Source of the DNA: the human T2T-CHM13v2.0 reference genome, Homo sapiens | NCBI GenBank assembly: GCA_009914755.4 | Contig: CP068257.2 | Coordinates: forward strand, 12,928,001-12,992,000 | DNA: 64,000 bases | Direction: 5' to 3' | Shown: positions 1 to 13,626 of the stretch, in pieces | How the letters are laid out: the number at the start of each line of letters is the position of its first letter | Position numbering within the stretch: position 1 is the stretch's first letter | Notes under the pieces: model-generated | What the model was told of the DNA's origin: nothing | Seen by the model: only the letters and a program-made list of their open reading frames with translations | Database searches by the model: none | Position numbers and translations under genes: made by a program

Positions 1-99
1 CCTTGAAGGCAGGGTCTCTAATTATCAAGCTGTTAAACCCTTACTTTTAATTAGCCCTTTCACATCCAAGGTGTCATTTCATACTGCAAGCTGGGAGCT

Positions 100-300
100 G
101 ATGTCTCCATTTTTATAGATGAGATAAGTAAAGGTAAGTTACTAGCCTAGTCTCAAAAATTACAAAGCCATGATCTTTGCAGAAAAACTTTGGATTATAT
201 GTAGATTTCAGCTTAAAATCCTGCTCTGCCACCTGCATAAATCGGTTATCCTCTTTGAGCTTCAGATTTCTACATATAAAATAGAAATAATGATACCATG
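100..300. mobile_element. Two adjacent MIR (SINE/MIR) fragments in opposite orientation: about 100-175 minus-like, about 215-300 plus-like
   Basis: Resembles the MIR core (ccattttacagatgaggaaactgaggctcagagaggttaagtaacttgcc) on one side and its reverse complement (cagctctgccacttactagctgtgtgaccttgggcaagttacttaacctctctgagcctcag) on the other. Diverged; aligned by eye. Confidence 0.4.
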
Positions 301-849
301 ATACTGTCTTACTGAATCATAACACAATTAAAAGAATACATAAAATTACCTGAAATAAAGTCAAGTGCTAAGTCAATGGTGACCATGATTATCACAATGT
401 GTCTCTGTGCTGAAAACAAGATTTCAAAGGCATGAACCACTCAAGGTGGCACCTAGTGTGTATGTGATGATGGGTGGGAGTCAGGGTGATGGTGGCAAAA
501 GCAGATGTCTCTCTCCAACCAAGCACTCTTTATACCGCACAGACCCTGATCTTCTGCTCCCTTCTACAGTCTTACTTAAACTTCACCCATCCATTTTTTC
601 AAAGCAGACTTTACTCCTCTGAAATAGCATTTAAAAGGATTTTTAAAGTACTTCTTGTTAGAATGGTGAGAGCTCCTGAGAATGAAAATGGAAATTCTGG
701 TTCATGAAGAAGTTTCTGTAGCCCTGAAGTGAATTCATATGCATACTTGCTGGTTCTGACTTACATTGTTTAAGTCATGGCTGATGCATCCAGAGACCAT
801 GAGGGAGAGAGAAAGGAGATGGCATAGAGGAAGTATAGTTGTTCAGAAA

Positions 850-890
850 TCAAAACAAAAACAAAAACAAAACCCTAAACCTAAACCAGC
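850..890. repeat. (CAAAA)n / (CCTAAA)-like simple repeat
   Basis: caaaacaaaaacaaaaacaaaaccctaaacctaaacc. Confidence 0.7.
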
Positions 891-3800
891 TGAGGTAAAG
901 GTAAAAAATGTAGAAATACGGCCAACAGGCATCATCTGAAGAAAATTGCTTTGAAAAATTAGAAAGAAACCTTTATATACAAAACTTTTTCTGCACATAT
1001 AATTTATCTTCCTCATTGTATCCTTATGACCCAAACTATTGAAGACAGCAAGGATCTTAAAAATCATTGACATTCTCCTCCATTCCAAAGATGAGGAGGT
1101 AGAAGCCCATGGAGATTAGGCAATTTGATCCAAAGAGATCCTACTATGACAGAGCTAAGCTCATAGCTGACTCTTCTGGCTTTGAGCAGTATTCCCTTAA
1201 GGGTATAACACAGCTTCTAACACACCATGCTACACATGCAAAATATGTCTTTTCTATAGTTTGCTTAGCAGTATTTGAATTATGAACATATTTCTTTGCA
1301 ATAAAAGAAAATTTGGCAACACTTGGAGCATTTGCCAAGGCTCATTATATGTTCTAATGAGCTCCTTCAAATGTTCTAACATTCAGGCTTCTCTCCTGCC
1401 AAAGATTGATGTCCAGCTTTGGTGATTTGCTTCCTTCTGTTGGAGCATGCAAGAGAGGCTCTAAGTAAAAAGGACATTTAGGTCTTTCATGGCTAATAAG
1501 CATATTGGGCCCCCACCTCAGATTGTCCATAATTGTCTTCCTCCTTCTATTTGAGAATCCAGTGAAACGTATTCCAACTGTCTTGTGAAAGCCAAAATGT
1601 AGTTATACTTGATTATCATGGATCTTATTTCATGATCATAGGAACTAATCTAAATTACAAATGTTTTATGATAACTTTAGGAAGATTTTACTATAAGGAA
1701 TATCAATTCAACTTTCTCCTTAATATGATGCCTTTGAGTAAACAAGCACAGAGTGAAAACACATGAAGAGAGAAAAGGAGCAAAATCCTTAGGGTAATTC
1801 ATGAAGAAGAGGGATTCTTGGTTTCCATAACAATTCTATAACTAGATCACAGGACTATTGTTTTCACATATGCATGAAGTTTGTGTAATTGGGAAAAGCC
1901 AAACATCAACCCAAATAATTTGACTGGTTTGAATGCTACATTGCTGTGTCTCAAAAGTCTATTTTAATATTACCTCTATTTATCCTGGGTTTCTAGACTA
2001 ATACTTCACACTTACAGAGAAATTACATTTTCTCATTTTATCTTTATTTTTATTGTAAAATGTTTTATTGGAAAAGACACTTAAACATTTTATGCACATT
2101 TATGATTTACTTCATATTCAACCTAAGGAATTTCCATAAACCTGACATCTTCTACTATTATAATATCTCATATTTTATGTGTTTATTCTACAAGCTCTTC
2201 TTTATCTAATAAAAAATGTGTTTGCATGTCTGGCGAGACCTTTTTTCAGGCTTATTTTATATACAGGTACTACAAAGTGTTTGCCATATTATTGAATTTT
2301 TACACCAAAAATTGCTATTACTTATTCTTCCGTTTTACCGTTTTCTTTTAATAAGATCACGTAAACTCTCTTGTCCACCCCTTCTCCTAACACACATGCA
2401 TACTTCTAAGCTCTCAAGTTCATAGACTGGATGGCTTAGGAGGCACCTTACGTGACTTTGCTAAATGAGTGAATGAATGGATAAATGAATGAATAAGCCA
2501 TGCAGAATCTCCTAATTTTCAAATTCTTCTCTTGGGTAAATGCTGATTCTCCTAGCATCAAATATTAAATTGGTCATAATTAAAATTTCATCATGTAAAA
2601 TTGTCATAATTAATGATTATTTTCTTGCTCACCTTAAGTTTATAAAATTATTTTTAGAATCTTTATTGTCAAGTATATTAATTTTAGCACAGACTGTAGT
2701 GAGTATAGATATGTTTTGGCATTTTTGCATCACATTTTCCTATTTATCTTTTCAAAATTCTCAGTCCAGATTACCATTTATGATGCTTTCTTTTCCATAA
2801 GTGGTCCAAACACATTTGCTGAAACTTTTTACCTTTCCATCCCACAATAATTCCACTGCAAAAAAGTAAATTTAAAGCTGTTCCAACAACTGATTTTTGA
2901 CGTTGGAGATGAAACACAAGGATGTTAAATTATGAGGAATTATGCATTGATAGTTCATAGTCTACCTTCTTCCGGGTGAGTGTGTGAGCTTTCTTCTTAG
3001 TATGTCTTATTATTTACCAGGTCCAAAAATAATACTACTCACCACAAATGGGAACACAGAGGTTTTTTGGCAGGAGCCTAACATCACTAAAGCACAAAGA
3101 AAATGAGAATGGAATCCGTGAATTGTTTTTCCTTTTTCCTAAACCATGTGCCTCCTTACTCACTGTCTTTTTACTGGTCCTCTCTAGCCTTAATTCTTTC
3201 TTTGCATATGTCTATTTTTCAAAGTCTACATCATGGATTCTTACTCATTCACCTACACTTTTAAACTTCACTACTGTTTATCAAATAGGTAGAGAAGAAA
3301 AGAAAGGCCAAAATGAGGAAATAGTATGAAGATGTGAAGATGGAAAAAAATATCATTGTGCTTGATGAAAGGATGATACTCACTTTGTCTGCAGTAAAGA
3401 GTGTGTAAAAAAGACCTGTGTGCATCTGGTTAGAAGGAAGATTAGGTGAATGAGTTTAGATTTGACCCTGTAGGTTGTGGGGGAGGCGTTTAAAGGTTTG
3501 TGAGGGGAGCAGGGACATTATTAGATTTGAGCTTCAGGATCATTAATCAGGGTAGCATTTATCAGTTAGAATAGTCAAGAAAATTAATCTGTTAGATTAA
3601 TCTGATAATGGTGTGTCATGTTGATTGAAGGGGGAAGACCAGGGTCAGAGAGACCGAGGGAGACTGCCAAGGGAGAGAATAGAGAGACAAAATGGAGGAC
3701 AGGCACAGACAGCTTATCCCGGTTAAGCTGTCTGTCTCCAGTTACCTCGTCTGTCTCCCAGAGACCTCTGGTTTTCTTGAGACATATTAAAACTTTTATA

Positions 3801-4354
3801 CAACTCAACAGTGAAGCTGTGTATCCTAAGAGCACTTTCCCATGTCAATAATTAGCATCCACTGCTGCACGTTTGAACTGAAAGAATTGTAAAACCTTTT
3901 GTTACTCTATTTATTGGTGAACATTAGCAGACCACCTGTTCCTCCAACTGAAACAGTTGCGTAAAGAATTTTTCCATCATCCACACGGTTTGTCACCATT
4001 GTGATGAGTTCATACAAGATTCCAAAAAAAGTCTCATACTTGCCTTAGATACCTTTAAGTACAGCTTTGTTTATGTTCTCACCTTCAGATGCTGTATATC
4101 AACTACACTCATTTTTCTTTGATTTTTGTTATATGATTCTGTCTCTCACTATTACAATTTTTCTCACTATACTGTTTGAATTCTTCTGTAAGCAGGTCTC
4201 TGTTCTGTTCTTTTGGGTCTTTGACTTTGCCTCTTCCTGAAAGATCTTTTGTTACTGTCACTTTTTAAACATTTTCACACTATATAAAATGGGTTTGAAA
4301 ATATTTTAGAAATTTGAGAGGAGGAATGGATATTTGCTCCTTGTTTATGTCTAG

Positions 4355-4730
<376 letters not shown>

Positions 4731-5771
4731 ATTTCTTAATCTTATAAAAATAATTTGTTTATCCTTATAAATCTGAAAAAGTCTCCCAGATTTTGAAAAA
4801 TATATGTGTTATTATAAAAACATATGAAAGGAAGACTTTGTCTCCTTCACAGCCCACAAACTCTATCCTTTCTTACCCTCATTCCCTACCAAGCCTATGG
4901 CTCATTTTCCTCCTTTTGTTAAGATGTTCCATGCTCTTAGCTTACAGAGCTTCGTAAGTACTCTTCAGTTATTCTTCTTATAAATTGATTTGAAACACTT
5001 GGCTTCAAAGATTATTTTTGGTCACCTCGACTATTCCCTTTCTTAAGATGCAGCTGAAATCCCCTCTCAACACCACTCATCTCAGATGTTAGAAAAGATC
5101 ATCATCCTTGGTTTTTCCTTTCCCATTTCTCTTGTGGAGTATACCCTTTCATAAATCTGATCTTTTACCTTTCTCAATTTATATCAATTCCATAATCACA
5201 AATATTTCTTCACTCCCTGATCCCACAGACACTACAAACAACTTAACTTCATGTTAAACATCTCTGTATCTCATTTTCTGTTGACTTCTGTGAAGAGCCC
5301 TTGACAAATAATACATTTCCCTGTCTGATTCCGTTTGTTTATAGTATCTCAACGGAATAAAATGTTCCAATCTTACAGACCTCTGGGTGCTTTGATTTTT
5401 GCAATAAATATTACTTACTATAGATGAATCCCAACACTATTTCACTAAATTTTTCTAATAGATATTAATAACCTTGCTTAACTACTGGGTGTTTTTGGTA
5501 TGCAAAGAGTTACTCAGAGGAAAGAGAGTGAGTAGGACTGAAACCACCTTACAGAGTTGGAATTAGTGGGTGAAAGAGGGTAAGGAGTTTACTCAAGCAC
5601 ACTCTGCCGGCAATGTCGGAGCTGCATTAAATCCATCAGCACCCACCTTGAGAGTGGGAGGCTACAGTGGGCTTAGCAGGAAGCATATCTGGGTGAACAA
5701 GGACTTCCTCAAAGATGAGTTAATTTCAGGCCACCTAAAAACTCTGATGTAATAATAGAATCAAAGACACC

Positions 5772-6018
<247 letters not shown>

Positions 6019-6676
6019 GACACAAGAATGTACTATTCCTAAAATTTTTGAAGTCAAGGAGAAACTAGTGTCCTTGTAGATTAGATTCATTTCCCATGAA
6101 ATGTGGGGTTTAGGCCCAGCTCCATCATATCTGCATATCTTGGCACGTATATTTTTAAAAATATAATCACACTCTTACCCTTTTAAATTGCAAAAATGTC
6201 GCCTCTGACTACCTGCCATTAATAGTAAGTAACATTCATTACAGAAGCACATCTTTTCAAACCCCAACACTGCCTCCTTTACATTCTATAATATGAAAGT
6301 TAAATAACCTAAATAATAACCCTGCAATTACTATTGAAAAAAATACCAGCTATGCTAAAATGAAACTGGATATTTTTCACTTGTTGTTGTTATAGAATAT
6401 ATGTGTAGAATACAAAAATAATAATTTGCACTCATCCAACTTCTTTCACTTTAGTGTCTCAAATCCCGGAGTGTAAGTGGTCTCATTAAGTTTACCAAAC
6501 CAATTTAACTCTAACATGCTCTTGAACCCTCTCTCCAAGTCCACTGAGGCTTTTCTGTCACGAATGCTGAACAATATCATCTGAAATTCTGAGCATTCTG
6601 TAGATATGTTTGACCTTCTGCAGATAAAACTCACTTAATCGTTAAGTTATATATTAAAATAGACAAAACTACCTAA

Positions 6677-7186
<510 letters not shown>

Positions 7187-8639
7187 TAATTCCAGCACAA
7201 GTGGAGTATGGTTAAGTTCCATGAAGATGAGGGCAGTGTAGATATCATTTAGCTCTGTATCTCCAGTGCCTGATATTGTGAATAGCAAATAGTAGGTTGG
7301 CAGGATGTGTTTCATGGATATGGAATGAAAGAATAATGCCCTCAAATAATGTAGAAGTTCAAAGGAAGGAGGGACTACTTCTGCCTGGTGTTACTCAGAA
7401 AAGCTTTCTAGATGATGAAGTATTTGATCTGAGTCTAAGGGATGATGGGATGGGTTCTAACAGAGAGAATTCACATATCAGGCAGAGGCCATCACACTGT
7501 CACAAAGATAGAGGGAAGAAAGTGTGAGACAGCCTTTAGGAATAGCAAATCATTCAGTTTGGCAGTTCGGCATAGGAAATCAATAAGGTGGGGGTAGTGC
7601 ACAGATAAGACTGAAAAATTAGATTGAGTCCAGACTGATGAAATCCAGAAATGCCAAGTTAGGGAGTCCAGATTTTATTCTTGAAGAAAACTCTGACTAT
7701 TTGTGTTCAGATGCCTATACAACAGCTTAGCCACTTGCCAAGGAGTCATCAGCCTTGATCCTGCTTCTGAAGATATCAGAGGGAGTCATCAGAAGCACGT
7801 CCTAATTATATTACCAGCTACTCTCCAAGAAGCTACTCTAAGAGAAAACCTGCAAAGTGCAGCAGTCCCAGAAAAGAAGATGAAGATTAAAGAAGAAGGA
7901 GGATATTTAGAAATGATTAATGTTGGTCAGTTTCATCAGTTCTAAGTCTGTTATCAGATACCTGTTATATTTACTATGGCACTTTGAACACAAGTTACTT
8001 TAATTCTAGTCTTTGCAGACTTAATGCACAAATCTTAAAAGGCAAAAAAAGTTCCAAGAGAAAATATGCCTTTTAAGAGACCTCTAAATATGTTATAAAA
8101 TGTAGCTTCTGTCTAAGAAGAGACTGATTCTTTGAGGAAAATGGTAGAGAGTAGGCTCCCTGGATACACAAAATTGTCCCATTCATTCACTGAAAACACA
8201 CATGACCAGAGGAGCTGTAGGTAAAGTTATAAAACATGCCTTGAGCAATTTACAATGAAATTGAAAAAAAAGTACCACTCTTAAGTACTAGAAGATTTAT
8301 AATATTTGACTTTAGCTTCTTGACTATTTCCATTTTTTAGTTAAGAAAGTTAAGATTAAAAGGTTTAAATAACTTATCCAAGCCCAAAAAAAAAGTAGCA
8401 CAGCCAGAATCCATCCAAATTTGTTTGACTCCAGAGAGCATACTCTTTCTCACGTATCACATAATAGCCTTAGAGTCTGCCCTCGTATATGGAAAACACT
8501 CTAATGTAGTAGCTAAAAGCAGGAGCTCTAGCTAAAAGCAAGACCTAGGTTATAGGTCTTGGCTCTACCTCCTGTTAGCTGTCTGACTTTGCACCTGTTA
8601 CCAACTTTTTGTGCCTCCATTTTCTCAACTGTAAAATGA

Positions 8640-8966
<327 letters not shown>

Positions 8967-9442
8967 AAAAATAATATTTCTTAAGGTAATATTTCATAAT
9001 GTAAGTCCTTACCTTATAGAGTTGATGTGAGATTTAAATGAGATAATACATATAAAATGCTTAGGAAAATGGCAGGCCCAAATAAAATGCTCATTAAAAT
9101 TAGCTATTATTTTTCAGTGAAATTTCATTATAATTGCAATAATTTAGACAGTTCACTTCACATTTTCTTGATCTCAGTCAACACACGAAGTCTTCCTTCA
9201 ATCAAAAAGAAATCCCTGGAAAAATTTTATGCAGTCATTAATTTGTACACAAAGGAATATATGAAATGTTAATATGGGTAAAAGTCACAAGAGTTTGGTT
9301 GCTTTTTGGAAAGACAACTCTTGCTCTGGTAACTTTTCTGAAACTGATAAATTTCACTGATTAGCACTTTTGCTATCTGTTTCTTTCCCGACAGTACAAA
9401 ACCCCAGATAAGATGACACATTTCCGTAGTCTGCAAACTTAC

Positions 9443-9795
9443 CCATGAATGTAGGAGATCCATATCTGAGCAGGAAGACTTGAGACGTGTGTGGCGAATA
9501 CAAGAGGAGCAGTGGTCCCAGGGTCCAACTTGTGCTATTTGGAAATCAAGACATGTCCAGAGAGGGTTTTCAGGAAAAAGCTTCCAGTGATGCCACATGT
9601 AAGCTTCACCTTCATACCAAGCTAATTTATCTTCCAAGTTGCAGTCATTTAAAGTGCTGGATCTACCCAGTGATGCAGAAAGAGTATCCAATCTAATCTC
9701 CATTTCTTCCTTCCTCCTCGTGCTAACACTATTCACTTTCTTTTCTCGGGACTTGGTTAATTTCAAACAAGAAATCAACGTGTCATCTTCATCTT
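9443..9795 (-). CDS. Candidate internal coding exon (353 nt) of an unrecognised minus-strand gene. It encodes x-DEDDTLISCLKLTKSREKKVNSVSTRRKEEMEIRLDTLSASLGRSSTLNDCNLEDKLAWYEGEAYMWHHWKLFPENPLWTCLDFQIAQVGPWDHCSSCIRHTRLKSSCSDMDLLHSW
   Basis: On the minus strand, 117 codons run without a stop (the other two frames are closed) in AT-rich DNA. The exon is preceded by a textbook acceptor, tttttaacctatttctttgtcattcag|AAGATGAAGATG, with a branch-point-like TTAAC. It is followed by a perfect donor, CATTCATGG|GTAAGTTTG. It begins in phase 2 (2 nt complete a codon) and ends in phase 0. There is no repeat homology. Confidence 0.5.
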
Positions 9796-10679
9796 CTGAA
9801 TGACAAAGAAATAGGTTAAAAACTATGATTATAATTCTTCACATATAGGAATTATTCTTCCATTTATATAAGAGAAATAAATACACTGCAATGGATAAAC
9901 CAAGAAGTCATTCAATTTTATAAAATTATTTACAGCAGCATTTATTTAAAAAGCAAGTTATTTTGCTATATAAAATTTTTTGTTTTGTAAAAGTCGCATT
10001 TTTCTGACATTTTTGAAACCATAACAATTGATTAAATTCTATCTCACTGGAAAGAATGGAGGCCACATACAAATAATATGCTGAAAGATATTTGAGAAAA
10101 AAATACAATTAAAAAACCCACCTCTTATGTTTCTATTCTTAAATATTTTTTTAATTTTTAAGGTCATGTGTATAATAAAGAATTATAAGGAAATAAATAA
10201 AATTATTTGCCTTACTTAAAAGAATAAAATCTCAGTGGTTTGGACTGAAATCCTACTGACATTCTGAAATTGTCTATTTTAATATCAATCTACCAAGAGA
10301 TGTATGGATGCAGTGTGTCTCACAGTGAAATGGTTTTCAAAAAACAAGAACGACAAAAATTTAAAAAAGCCATATCTGTAATACCATAAAGTTCATTTGT
10401 GAGATCTATATTTACACAATGTGGCAAAGACTCTGATGAAATTTCTAGTAATGTAGAAAACAGTTACAGAAAATAGAAATATATATCACCCAGAGTCAAT
10501 TGCTCTATGTCATGGAATCCCTTTAAATCCAAACGTTTAATGGGTATTTTTAAAAGAGTTCGATTACTTAAGGCATGCTATTATAAATAAATAAATGAAA
10601 ATCAAAGTTGCATGCCATGGACATACCAATTTGCTATGCTTACATCAAAATTCAAATACATTGTTTTCTATGGCCAAGG

Positions 10680-10800
10680 AATGGCGACAGTGGACACTGC
10701 TGAGCTTCCTCCATTGCTCTCTCTCACTGTGTCTCGGAGCCCGGTCTTGAAGGCAAGGAGAAACGGGGCGGTGCATAAATACGGGGTAAAATTCAGGAAC
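10680..10800 (+). promoter_or_regulatory. Short CpG-retaining patch with an Sp1-like GC box (cggggcggtg, about 10774-10783) followed 3 bp later by a TATA-like box (cataaata, about 10787-10794). Possible promoter or enhancer inside the candidate gene's intron
   Basis: I count 6 CpG dinucleotides in about 110 bp, while surrounding DNA is nearly CpG-free. On the plus strand a GC box plus TATA sits in canonical spacing. No repeat homology was recognised. Confidence 0.25.
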
Positions 10801-10956
10801 AGATGGGGATGTCTGTTTTAAAATAACTTGGCAATAAAAAAAAATCCTCAATGTTTAATGATTATCTTAAGACTTTATCAAAATGGGCTTCATTAACGTA
10901 TGCTTCCTTAGTTCTCCCTCAAAGGAGTTTTAACAGCTTATTGAGTTCTTACTTAC

Positions 10957-11050
10957 GGAGGTTTATTAATGTCGGTTTCACCTCATCCAGATTCTGCACT
11001 CTGGCTTTCTTAGTCCAAACCAGTTTCTGTAGTCGCTTTAATGTCCCCAT
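10957..11050 (-). CDS. Candidate first coding exon (minus strand): ATG at 11050-11048 encoding MGTLKRLQKLVWTKKARVQNLDEVKPTLINL, plus 1 nt, ending at a GTAAGTAAG donor
   Basis: Reverse complement reads tga cct gtg gaa tca ATG GGG ACA TTA AAG ... AAC CTC C|gtaagtaag. There is an in-frame stop 4 codons upstream of the ATG. The consensus donor GTAAGT leaves phase 1, which exactly complements the phase-2 start of the 9795..9443 exon. The junction codon would be cAA = Q. Confidence 0.4.
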
Positions 11051-13294
11051 TGATTCCACAGGGTCACTGCCTGATTTTATGGCCTAGCACAAACACAGCT
11101 CAAGGTAAAGACAAATTATTCCTCACAAAAGATTAAATATAAAATATGTTGAGATCATAAATGTGGAAAAATTAATAATGTGACCTTAAAACCTGAAGCC
11201 TGAGTCAATTTAAGCACTAACTTGAAAGCACACCATACTTTTTGGGTTCAAAATTATAAAATATGTTACAACTGGCCAGTCATACTAAAGCAGAGTGGTT
11301 TTACCATTTTTTTTTTTTTTTACTTCAAAATACAGCAAAATGGATTGAATTCAGAAATATCTATAAATGACTCACTCCTGCCCACTGTGAAACAGCGGAA
11401 AAAAACAAGATCTTTGCAGTGTAATATAGATGGAACAAGAGGTTCAAAGTTGCTATTTGCTAGTATTGGAATAGACTGATAGTATACAAAGTCTACCTGC
11501 TAATATTAGATAAAGCAGAATTTAAATAGTCTTCATTTTCTTTTTGGAAATTTGTGGACAAACAACATTTGTTTCAAGTATGAAAATTTTTCAAATAACA
11601 TACTTTTAAAAAAATAGCCTCTTGCTTTCTAGAAGATATGCACTAAGTGAAACAAAAGATAGCCACAGCATACCACATCATGTTTTAGAATATGTGTCAC
11701 TTGTTTATTATGACAAAATATGGACAAAATATAATTAACATTGCATTAATGACTCTTGTTTTCTTTAAAAGATTCAGGAATGTTTCCCACTAGTTTACTG
11801 TTGAATTTGTATTTATACAGCTTTTACTTATTATCTTAAGTATAGTTCCTCTTAAGGATTTCAAAATACTTTGGAAATTAACTCTTTGTGTGCTAAGTTT
11901 TATAGGAATTGATAAAAATCATTGTGTTCTGTTGAATTCACTAGTTGTGATGTAATACATATAGGAATACTTTTTCATCCAGAAAGTTCTAGACTCAGAA
12001 ATATTTCTCCACCTGCTTTTGTCTCATTCTTTCCATTGAACAGCTGATAAATAGCATCTACAAAGACACTGCAGTTTTCAAGAGGTGAATATTTGCTTCC
12101 TCATTAATGTTTGAATGAGACATATTTATAATAATGCTTTCCAATCCTTTTAAGGAGACTATAAGCCCAAATAAATGTTTGGAAGTAAAGGATATCTGAC
12201 ATGCAACATTTCCAATCTTTATACTCAGCTGTTATCTTTGTTCTTTAAGAATGACTTTGCACAACCAGTATAAACTTGTTGATCTGTCTCTGCAAAATAG
12301 CACTTACGTAGGAAATGTGACGTTTTTGTCAGAGGAAGCCATACCTTTTTGCATTAAATAAGTGGGAAAATATTGAAATCATTTTAATCTTTCAGAAAGG
12401 ACTGTGATGAGATATGCTTAGAAGCACAAAATCTTCCCTCTCTTTCCAAAGGCCATGCTCTGCTCATCACAATTTCTATTGCTGTTTATTTTTTTGTATT
12501 ATTTCTCAGTGTTTCTTTTAGTGCTTTCTGAGTTACTTGATTTTATAGACCCTTTACAACTCAGGAAAGGCCATTTTCTACTCTTTAGACCCTTTCAGAA
12601 ATAATAAGATGACATTGCACAACCATTTTTTCTTTGTTGTGCTTCTATTCTTATGGCAACTTCTTGTTACAGCCAAAGCTTAATTGCTCCACTGAAACAC
12701 TGGCAACAAAAATCGTCTTCTCTTCTCCCTTTGTGAAAAAGGCTTTCACTTAATGTGGAGAAAGGTATTATATACCAGGGAAATGGAACTTTGTATAAAT
12801 GATTTTCCCCCAAGAGGAACTAAAGCATTTGGAAGGTATCTGAATTCAGGTAAGTAAGATCTCATGTCCTAGAGGTTTTAAAACAAACTGACCTTTCATT
12901 ATTTTGTTCACATTCTATTGTAGCCTTTTTAAAGCATGATATTGTTAATTTTTGTATCTTTATTCACTTTGAGTTACTGGACATCAGTCTACTGCATTTT
13001 ATTTATTTTTAAAAATCCTATGTGCCTAGGATTGTACATGGCTTAATAAATATGTACTGAATGTAAATACAATCCTAATTTTATACATGTTTTATATACA
13101 AAATGGAGTATCCATAGTACATGTTTGATACTAGACTCATTACTTTCTAGTAGCAAATTATTTCTGGACAACCTCCTCTTGTTAATAGGTACTATATATC
13201 CAAGGGATGAAATTTAGAGTTAATATTATTATAAAAGATATAGAATCATTACAACTATGTATTAAAAAGAAAATGTATTCAGATTAAAAATACA

Positions 13295-13626
<332 letters not shown>

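Noticed and set aside
874-888. Telomere-like ccctaaacctaaacc
   Set aside because: It is only about 2.5 imperfect units adjoining a (CAAAA)n run, so it is a simple repeat, not an interstitial telomeric array.
6446-6634. Minus-strand 62-aa ORF behind a decent acceptor (gttttatctgcag|), considered as a downstream exon of the candidate gene
   Set aside because: The reading frame that is open requires phase 1 entry, whereas the candidate exon at 9795-9443 exits in phase 0. In phase 0 it stops after 19 codons, and no poly-A signal follows on that strand. It is too speculative to call.
11062-11104. Plus-strand mini exon ccacag|GGTCACTGCCTGATTTTATGGCCTAGCACAAACACAGCTCAAG|gtaaag overlapping the 5' side of candidate exon A
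   Set aside because: It is only 43 nt, two frames are closed by stops, and such acceptor/donor pairs occur by chance. It also overlaps the better-supported minus-strand ATG exon.
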